Source: Octopus sinensis (Eukaryota). From it: 46,673 nt of DNA. This document shows positions 37,561-46,673 of this stretch, in pieces. Under the pieces are notes generated by a model. It worked only from the letters and a program-made list of their open reading frames with translations. It was not told the origin of the DNA and ran no database searches. Where the stretch lies: positions 1-46,673 of the forward strand of contig NW_021834575.1 in NCBI RefSeq assembly GCF_006345805.1. The letters are read 5' to 3'. Both the position numbers and the translations under genes were made by a program. Positions within the stretch are counted from its first letter, which is position 1. The number at the start of each line of letters is the position of its first letter.

Positions 37561-40369
37561 GTTTTTCCCACTCCTTTTTTCTATAATCCCCTTCTATGAT
37601 TTCCCTCTCTTCTTTGTCCCGTCCATTTCTCAAGCAAATTACGCAGTGACCATGCATGTTGAATATTTCTCTATGCCACGATGACTTTATACAAACCTTT
37701 TTCCTTTTCTAATTTTCCTCTGCGCTAGCTTTTATTATATCTGTTTCTGTCTCAAGTCAAATGACGCGGTCCGTGCTGATAACCTTGTTTGTTCGTCCAT
37801 GTTAATCGCAGTATTCTTATAACAGTTTTGTGTGCTTCCAGGTGGAGCAATTGTTTGTCTTTTACACGAACGATTTTCAGAGGAACAATAGCGATTTACC
37901 AATGTCGAAATTGCAATGATTTTGGATAAAAACTTGGCAAAGGAAATAGGTCAATTTTGGTCCTTTCCGTTAATTGCTGTGGACGTCTCACAATTACATT
38001 CTTTTATTCTTTTATTCGTTTCAGCCATGCAACTGCGGTTGTACTGAAGCACCACCGTGAGATATACATACACACACATATATATAATTGTGGCTGTATA
38101 TGTACGTTAGTGTATACATGTGAATGTATTTAAGATTGTATTTATTATATTTGATTGTGTCATTAACAAGTGTTTGAACTTGACGTAATGTAATGTGTAA
38201 TGTTTTTCTCTTCCCCTTGTTCTCTATAACTGTTTGCACAGTCCCATTTGTGTCTCCCCTATTTCTTAAAAAATGTTTTTGTATTCATGTGTGAACCCTT
38301 CTGGAGAAGAAACAGAATAATTATTTTTATCATATTTGTAAATTATAACTTAAGATCGTCTCTATGGACGGCTCCCGAAATATTAGATTATTACCAAACC
38401 ATATTATGTAGGAATTTTATTTTTTTTTATGTTGCAGAGTTCAAAATGTGACAACATTTATCCCAATATTTACGGTAGACAAAAGATCAGCCTTTTACTT
38501 ATTGTTTTATTGTTCCGAAAATGTTTATTGTTTTTACAATCTATTTAATATGGTTTTTCTCTTCAATAGGTTGAAAGCAGCAAATAATATCGCACTAGAT
38601 AAGCCGACTCAATGTAAATAACGAAAACATTTTCGATTATAAGAAAACGTAATTAATAATATGGACATAATTCTAAAAAGATAAAGATACATACACAGTC
38701 CGAAACACGAGTACAGTTTGTCACCCGAAAAGGAAATCTTGCACCACGTGACAAAAACAGAAAGAACAACAACAAAAACAACGCAGACTTGTAAACTGTT
38801 TGAAGCAATATCAACACCAATATCCTTTGCAGGTATTACAAGCAAAGGGAAGTCTTATCGATAGAATCCAATACAAAACACCTAAAGATGGCACTGTATG
38901 CACGAAAATTGTGTATCACGTGCCTTTGAAATCTATTAGAAAACGGGAAAGGAATACGGCAGCATAGCTCTGCTTCGTAAAAGTCGAGTGCAGTTTCCGT
39001 ATGTTCTCAAAGGAAGAGTTGAAAAAGTTTCAGACCAGTACGTCCCAACTGGGATCCATGTGGCCCTCGATGGTTCACAGAACATTTTGTTAAAATTTAT
39101 GCACAGCAAGTTCGATATATTTCTATAATAAACAAAATATTTTAATGTTTTTGATATAATTCCTAATAATATTTAATTATAAAACTATCATTGGACTTTT
39201 TAAGATGTCAAATCACTAAAGGGATCCATTTGAATAAAATAGGGACCCAAATGATCCACTGGTAAAAAATGGTTGAGAAATAATGTTTAAGACAATGGGT
39301 GGTATGAGGTGTTCTCCGTTGACAGTGCCAAGATATCTTGAACAGTTTACCTGTTCTTTAACAATGAGGGTGAAGTTTAAAAAAAACGAATTGTTCATAG
39401 GGTTCCGCGATAATACAAGCGACGTAACACAAGGATCATAGAAATAAGCATCGGTCATAACGTCAACCAATTGTTTTTGATGCCATATTTACAAAACGGT
39501 AGCGACAGAGAGTGGACACAAAGTAGGGTGAACTGATAAGTGACCGAAGGGTGGGTGTATCTAGATGACTCCTGAAGACATTAGAGCGATACAGAAACTG
39601 TTTATCATTGTAGTTGCAAAGACCAAAAGAGGAAGACAGCAAGACTGGCTGCACAGTGTAGAAAGCCTGGCTGCAGTAAGAACAACTTTAGGGCTCTCAG
39701 CTTAATCAAGCTCACAATTCATATAATATAAGCGGACAACATTAGATGCAGAGGCAATCATTGCAGTTACAAAAAAACCCTACTGGGTCTAGAGCAAAAC
39801 CTTTCGTAGCTCGGAGAAAAGTGGGCTAAATCAGCTGAATATCAGTAGCAGGAACTGATTAAGGACCCTCACTCACGGCTACAAATCGTAGCACCAAGGT
39901 TGCAAGTTAATTAAGGGTGACGTGTAATATGAAACAAAAAAATCAACGACCAAAAGATGGCCAATTAAATTGTGATTGTAACAGGAGAGTCTGAGAAGAA
40001 CAACTCTCCATGGAACCGTGTGAAATTCACAGTCCCACAAACATTCAAAGGAGGAATGAAAGATCATTGATTAAAAAGACCTGAGGGAGATGTTGAAATA
40101 TCTAAGGGAAAAGGAGCTGGTTTCCAACTCTGAGCAACATGCAAGCGATAAACGCTTGACAAGATCAAAATTTAAGAACTTGTGTATAAATGTTACTAAA
40201 CGAACAGTGGGATTTGGAGTATTTTCGCCTATTAGGATATCTGAGTATTTGTATTTGGGCCTTCGTTGGAAATAACAAATGCATTGACGAATGCGTTAGC
40301 GAGTAGACACGGTCGTGTACGAATAAGCCTACCGGTCAATCTTACATCGTTCCCTTTACATACTGGGTT

Positions 40370-40436
40370 AATTGATATATATATATACATGAGTGTGTGT
40401 GTATATGTGTATGTATGTGCGTGTGCACGCGAGAAC

Positions 40437-40519
<83 letters not shown>

Positions 40520-40751
40520 TATATATATGCATATATGTACGCATGAAAACATCGATGCATATGTATTTATGTACATGTATGTATTTATGTAGAAACATTG
40601 AGAAATGTAATGAATTCTACATTACACATCTATATACACATATGTGTGTATGTATATATATTTATACATATGTGCATATATATATACACACACAAATATA
40701 TATGTATGCATACATGTATATATACATATATATATATATATACATACATAC

Positions 40752-40782
<31 letters not shown>

Positions 40783-40895
40783 CATACATACATACACACA
40801 TACTTAAAAACAGATAGAGACAGATGCACATGTATATTTTTATATCTCTGAATATAGAGATAATATATGTACGTAATGTGTGTCTATAATGTGTG

Positions 40896-40930
<35 letters not shown>

Positions 40931-41502
40931 GCGTGCGCGTGCGTATGTACCCCTTTATCAGTGATTCAATATATGTTTTATACAGACAACTTCTCGCAAA
41001 TATATACTCATACATATACATATAAACACATATGGACAGTCACATACTTCAATACGTTACATACATATATATACACATATGCATTTATCAATCCATGTTC
41101 AAATACATCAATTTCTCTGTTTTTATGCTATCCACAATTCCATTATATAATTTATTAATCTTCCTAATCCACTTATGTATTTACTACAACGCAGATATCT
41201 CTTTATTACTAACATCTAAAACAAAACTGACGGAGAAGCAATAGGGCTTATTATGTTTCTCACCAATGTTTCTCAGCCCCAGACAACCCCCATGCGCCCA
41301 CCCTGTTCCCTATCCCACAAAAAAAAATACGATATTACAATATTATATTCAGCCTGTTTAGTTTCAATAATATCTAATTAACCGACGAGAAGGTAACAAA
41401 ACTAAGAAAATGGAGGGAAAAACATGGCTGGAAAAGCACACACAAAGATGGAATACGTATAAATGTATATACATGCATACATACATATATACACACACGC
41501 AA

Positions 41503-41538
<36 letters not shown>

Positions 41539-41965
41539 TTATATATATATGTTTGTATAGTTATGTATGCTTGTATATACATATACCTATATGTATATTT
41601 ATACGCACACACACACATATATATACATATATAAAAAATGTATCTATATAAAAGCAGAGAGAGAGAGGAGGTGAGAGGGAGAGAGAGATCGATTTGTCTG
41701 TTAATAAAGGAAGGATATATGCGTGTGTATTTGCAATATGCACTGCGCATGAATATATATGAATGCATATATACATGTATGCTTATATATACGTATACAC
41801 GCACGCACACATGTATATATATTTGTACATCAATTGCTATATTGACTACATAAAATACCCATATCATATGTACTGTAAAATATATATATACATCCAAAAA
41901 AAAACATTTGTATACATACACTTATACATACATATACATACATGTGTGTATATATGTGGATAAAT
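40370..41965. repeat. (TA)n/(CATA)n/(TG)n arrays
   Basis: Direct reading. Confidence 0.85.
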
Positions 41966-42004
41966 GGATGAACGCAAATGAAATAATACGACTGTAAAAA
42001 ATCC

Positions 42005-42072
42005 TAATCAATAACGAATTCTACACATCATCATAATCATCATCATCATCATCATATTATCATTATGATTAC

Positions 42073-42103
<31 letters not shown>

Positions 42104-42818
42104 GGTGGTGGTGGCGGTGGCGGTGGTGGAGGTGGTGGTGGTGGTATTGTTCTTCTTGAAATTATTATTATTGTTATTATTATCATCGTTTCTATTATTC
42201 ATATCGATATTATTTTCCCCGTTTTATTGGTATTGATTTCTGGCATTGTATAATGTTAATCTTGATATTAATGATATTTTTTATCGTGTTATTGCTTATA
42301 TCGTCTTGTTGTTGGTGATGTTGTTGGCCAAGACTATTATGATTGTTAGCATTGGTATCGATGTGTGTTGTTTCTATTGCTGGTATTATCATCATTAACA
42401 TCTATTTCTTCAAGTTCATTATCATCACCATAATCATAATCATAATCATCATAAAACATCCATCATCATCATCATCATCTTCATCATCATCATCACCATC
42501 ATCGTTATCCCCATCATACACAATCATCGTCCTCATCATCATCATCATCATTATCATCATCTCCATCATCATCACCGTCGATATCGTCGACGTTATCTTT
42601 ATCGTGACCATCATCATCGTCACCATTATCATCATCATTTTATTCATTATCATCATCATCACCACCATCATTATCATCGTCATCATTATTATTACAACCA
42701 GCCCCATCACAATCATCATCATCATCATTAACAACTAAAACATTATCATTATCGTCATCAGCATCATCAGAATTTTCCATCCTTTTTATTACAATCATCA
42801 TCATCATCATCATCATCG

Positions 42819-42855
<37 letters not shown>

Positions 42856-42856
42856 T

Positions 42857-42892
<36 letters not shown>

Positions 42893-43140
42893 GTCATCAT
42901 CATCATCATCATCGTCATCATCATCATCATCATCACCATAATCATAATCATCATAAAGCATCCATCATCATCATCATCATCATCTCCATCATCATCACCG
43001 TCGATATCGTCGACGTTATCTTTATCGTGACCATCATCATCGTCACCATTATCATCATCATTTTATTCATTATCATCATCACCACCATCATTATTATTAT
43101 CGTCATCAGCATCATCAGAATTTTCCATCCTTTTTATTAC

Positions 43141-43197
<57 letters not shown>

Positions 43198-43198
43198 T

Positions 43199-43231
<33 letters not shown>

Positions 43232-43253
43232 GTCATCATCATCATCATCATCG

Positions 43254-43296
<43 letters not shown>

Positions 43297-43340
43297 TATC
43301 ATCATCATCACCATCGTCATAATCATCATCATCATCGTCG

Positions 43341-43387
<47 letters not shown>

Positions 43388-43420
43388 GTCATCATCATCA
43401 TCGTCATTATTTATCAGGAT
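42005..43420. repeat. (CAT)n-rich array with internal tandem duplication
   Basis: Direct reading; the unique anchors ACCGTCGATATCGTCGACGTT and CAGAATTTTCCATCC each occur twice. Confidence 0.9.
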
Positions 43421-43654
43421 AATGCAGGGTTTTTTTTATGTCTTTTTATCATAGTGATGTTGATGATGAGTTAAGTTGTTTGCCAGCCATCTTAATTTAC
43501 TTCGTTATACGTCCCAAACCGGAAACTAAAGACGTTAACCGACAGATTATTGTGAGGCCCTATTAAATAAAAGCGGGCATATCTGTTATGTTATAGGATT
43601 AGCCTCGATATTGTACATCCATGATTAACGAACAACACATGTGGCTATATATAA

Positions 43655-43689
<35 letters not shown>

Positions 43690-43716
43690 GGCATATATGT
43701 GCATATCTATATATGA

Positions 43717-43824
<108 letters not shown>

Positions 43825-44250
43825 GTACATCATAAATACTGCATTTATATGAAGTATATTATGAACAAATGTGTGAGTATATGTGTTATTTGCGTTTTCT
43901 TCTTGTGTGTGTATGCGTTTTTGCGTTTATGCACATTCTTGTGAAGAGATACATGTGTGCGGGTGAATGTGTAAATAAGTCGAGTACAATATGAGAGTGT
44001 GTGTATTCATGCACGCCTGGATATTGTGGCGTGTGTGTAAGTATACGGGAACATTTGTGCAGCGGTTTACGGGGGTTGTCTTTCACAAAATACGTGCGGA
44101 AAGTAAAAAAGTATACATAAAAATGATACAACTACACGAATACACTTACACACACGTGTAAATATACATTCACAAACACACATATATATATAATGTATAT
44201 TCCTGTATATGTATGTGTGTGTGTGCATATGATTGAGCACACAGGCACAA

Positions 44251-44288
<38 letters not shown>

Positions 44289-44789
44289 CACTCTTTGCAA
44301 CACCTATCTGTGTTCGGTTTGTCCTTACACAGAGGCCATCCGGATTCCCGTTTGCGCCGTGAACAGGAATTAATCTTCTCTCTTCGCTCTTATACGCCAT
44401 TTGGTCTCAACTCTCCCCCCTCCTCATCTAACCTCACCCCCCTCCTCACCTATCCTTTCTCCCCCCGACTCCTACTTCTTCAGTCCTTCATCCTTTCACC
44501 CCTACTCCCCTTCCCTTCTTCCCTCTTTCTCCCTCCCTCTTCCCCTTCCCTCTGCTCCCTCACTCCCTCTCTCCCCTTCTCTCTCCCCCCTCCCTCTTTC
44601 CTCCTTCATCCCCTCATCCCCTTCCTCTCTCCCATCCTCTCCTCCCCCCCTTCTCCTCCCCCTCTTCTTCCCCTCCCCTTCTCTCTCCCCTCTTCTCCCT
44701 CCCCCTCTTCTCCCCCTCCCCCTCTTCTCCTCACTACACCACATGACTTTACACATCACATCACATATGATGTGCCATACTAATACACA

Positions 44790-45110
44790 CACCAACTATA
44801 CATACTAATACGTACTAATACATACTAGTACATACTAATACTTACACCAACCCTATACATACACACGTCCAGACCCCGCATACGCACTTATACTCTCTCT
44901 CACACACACACACACACCTATACATACCAATACGTACTAATACATACTAATACATACTAATCATACACCAACCCCATACATACGCACGTCCAGACCAATC
45001 TTACGCACTAATACTCTCTCATACACACACACACACACACACACACCCTTATACATACTAATACATACACCAACCCTATACATACACACATCCAGACCCC
45101 TCCCACGCAC
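44790..45110. repeat. ~100-120-bp tandem repeat, about 2.7 copies
   Basis: CACCAACCCTATACATACACACGTCCAGACC-like anchor at 44845, 44966 and 45068. Confidence 0.8.
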
Positions 45111-45280
45111 TTTTAGCTGGTTCTTCACCCTTTTATCACCCTATTATCTCCCCTTATTTCGCTCTCGCGTCTCATGTTTGATCTTGGACCTCTGCCGAAA
45201 TCAGATCGCCATGTTGATTCGTTAGCTACTGCACGCATTTTTTTTCTCTCCTTCTTTCTGTGTTTTTCTCTCTCTGTGTA

Positions 45281-45318
45281 TCTTTCTGTTGAAGAGCGTA
45301 GGCTCGAAACGTTAAAGA
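45281..45318 (+). ncRNA. Minimal hammerhead-like motif (A6U, extra A after A9)
   Basis: TCTTT-CTGTTGA-A-GAGC gtag GCTC-GAAA-CG-T-T-AAAGA; 5-bp stem I, 4-bp stem II. Confidence 0.55.
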
Positions 45319-45486
45319 CTTGTTTTATTTATATTTCCTGAGCGCCATACTAATACAATTGTTCGTTTGTTTTCCACCTGCCTTCGTCTTTTGTTTATTT
45401 TCATAAAGCTTCCCGTTATATATATATGTATGTATGTATGTACGTACATATATATATATACATATATAACTACATGTATACAATAT

Positions 45487-45760
45487 TTAGTGTTAAGGTG
45501 TTGCACGCATGATTGCGAGATCGTGGGTTCGATTCCCAGCCCGGGCGTTTCGTTGTCTTCTTGTGCAAAGTACCTCATTTCACGTTGCTCTGCGATCATA
45601 TCGGTATCTGACAGGTGGTACCTGTTGCACCTGTACAGGTAATGTTGATGGAAGAAGTGAGCTTATGTCTACACAAACATTTTATCACTATAAACAAATT
45701 ATCTGTTTGGTATGAAATTGTCGAACCCTTATACGTCGTCTAACGACGAGAAAGTCCATC
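45487..45760 (+). mobile_element. SINE family C (tRNA-derived)
   Basis: A-box-like TAGTGTTAAGG, B box GGGTTCGATTCCC, and a simple-repeat tail. Confidence 0.8.
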
Positions 45761-46092
45761 ATGTATGTATGTATGTATGTATGTATGCGTATATATATAT
45801 ATATATATATATATCTATATATATATATATATATAAGATATATACTAAATAGGATGAAGTTTTTTTTCTCTACAGAAAAAAAATTTCATCAAAAAATGTG
45901 GCAGCATATTAAAATACCTTTACGGTTAAAATTATAAACAACTTATAAGTAAGGGCTAAAGAAAATTATTTCAATGCCAATATGCTGATAACAGACTATT
46001 AAATCGTCAATTTCCACATATAATTTACTCGCTACAGAAAAAACCGAAGAACTGAAGTCGGGCAAACTGGCCGTTAGAATTTTTTTTTTAAA

Positions 46093-46168
46093 TTCGTTAT
46101 TTCTATATTGAATCAATTTCGGAATTAATCTCATAAAAGACTTATTCCTCCTCAGTAGAACTTACGAA
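46093..46168 (-). ncRNA. Type-I hammerhead ribozyme motif, fully canonical core
   Basis: Minus strand: ttcgt aag TTCTA-CTGAGGA-GGAAT aagtcttttatgagatta ATTCC-GAAA-TTG ATT CAA-T-A-TAGAA ata acgaa; AUA site at 46108-46106. Confidence 0.85.
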
Positions 46169-46260
46169 AGGATATAAATAAGATACTTACATGCGCCCAT
46201 GGAAAAAGCCGAAGCAAAAAACATGAGTACATTTAAATACCCCAGTTATATCTAAAAATA

Positions 46261-46314
<54 letters not shown>

Positions 46315-46673
46315 GTTATATACACATAACGAGCGGGTGGGCGTGCCTTCCTTTGTAACCACTTCATTTCCTATTCAGTTCTACCGCGCGGCACCTTGGA
46401 CAAATGATTTTGACTGAGGATTAGAGGCTTCGAATGGCCGGTCCGTGTTTTTTGGTCGTTTTGTTTTGGATCCGCCTTTGCCTTCTGTTTACATGTGCCA
46501 TATTCTATTCTGCTATTTAGTATAGTGATGGTGGTGGTGTGTCGGTGTGTTTTGTGTGTGTGGTAGTGCACCTGGTAGCGTGTAAAGGTGTTATGTCGGT
46601 TTTTCAGGAACGCATTCAGCTACTCAATCCGAGTTCTAGGCTATCAACACTTTCCAGACTAATACCGAAATTA

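Noticed and set aside
38362-38385. LWTAPEIL, resembling the receptor guanylyl cyclase kinase-homology motif
   Set aside because: No polypyrimidine acceptor upstream, and the expected GTxKGDVYS continuation is absent; likely chance.
44405-44735. C-rich tract with G-quadruplex potential on the minus strand
   Set aside because: Ordinary CT low-complexity sequence; nothing links it to a function.
46183-46193. ATACTTACATG, resembling the U1 snRNA 5' end
   Set aside because: Similarity stops after 8 nt; no U1 body.
46416-46445. CTGAGGA...GAATGGCCGGTC
   Set aside because: GAAA is broken and there is no viable stem II or stem I.

Overview
Eukaryotic, AT-rich, extremely microsatellite-dense non-coding DNA. 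The SINE sequences and repeat landscape resemble an octopus (coleoid cephalopod) genome; this is recognition from memory, not a database match. No host protein-coding gene can be supported, and nearly all ORFs in the track are translated microsatellites. The window is a mosaic of tRNA-derived SINEs (three families), 3' fragments of R4/Dong-like REL-endonuclease LINEs bounded by (TAA)n arrays, mariner fragments (one a ~210-bp-arm foldback), a pogo/Tc1-type MITE, a Helentron-like element, and two Penelope-like element (PLE) remnants with GIY-YIG coding traces. The main unannotated signal is a set of about eleven type-I hammerhead ribozyme motifs on both strands. Two have a fully canonical core plus all three stems (23497-23595 and 46093-46168, both minus strand). 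Others carry a U3-A8 compensatory core, an extra purine after A9, or 50-75-nt stem II insertions. Two lie directly 3' of PLE endonuclease remnants on the same strand. All folds were read by eye and none has been tested.
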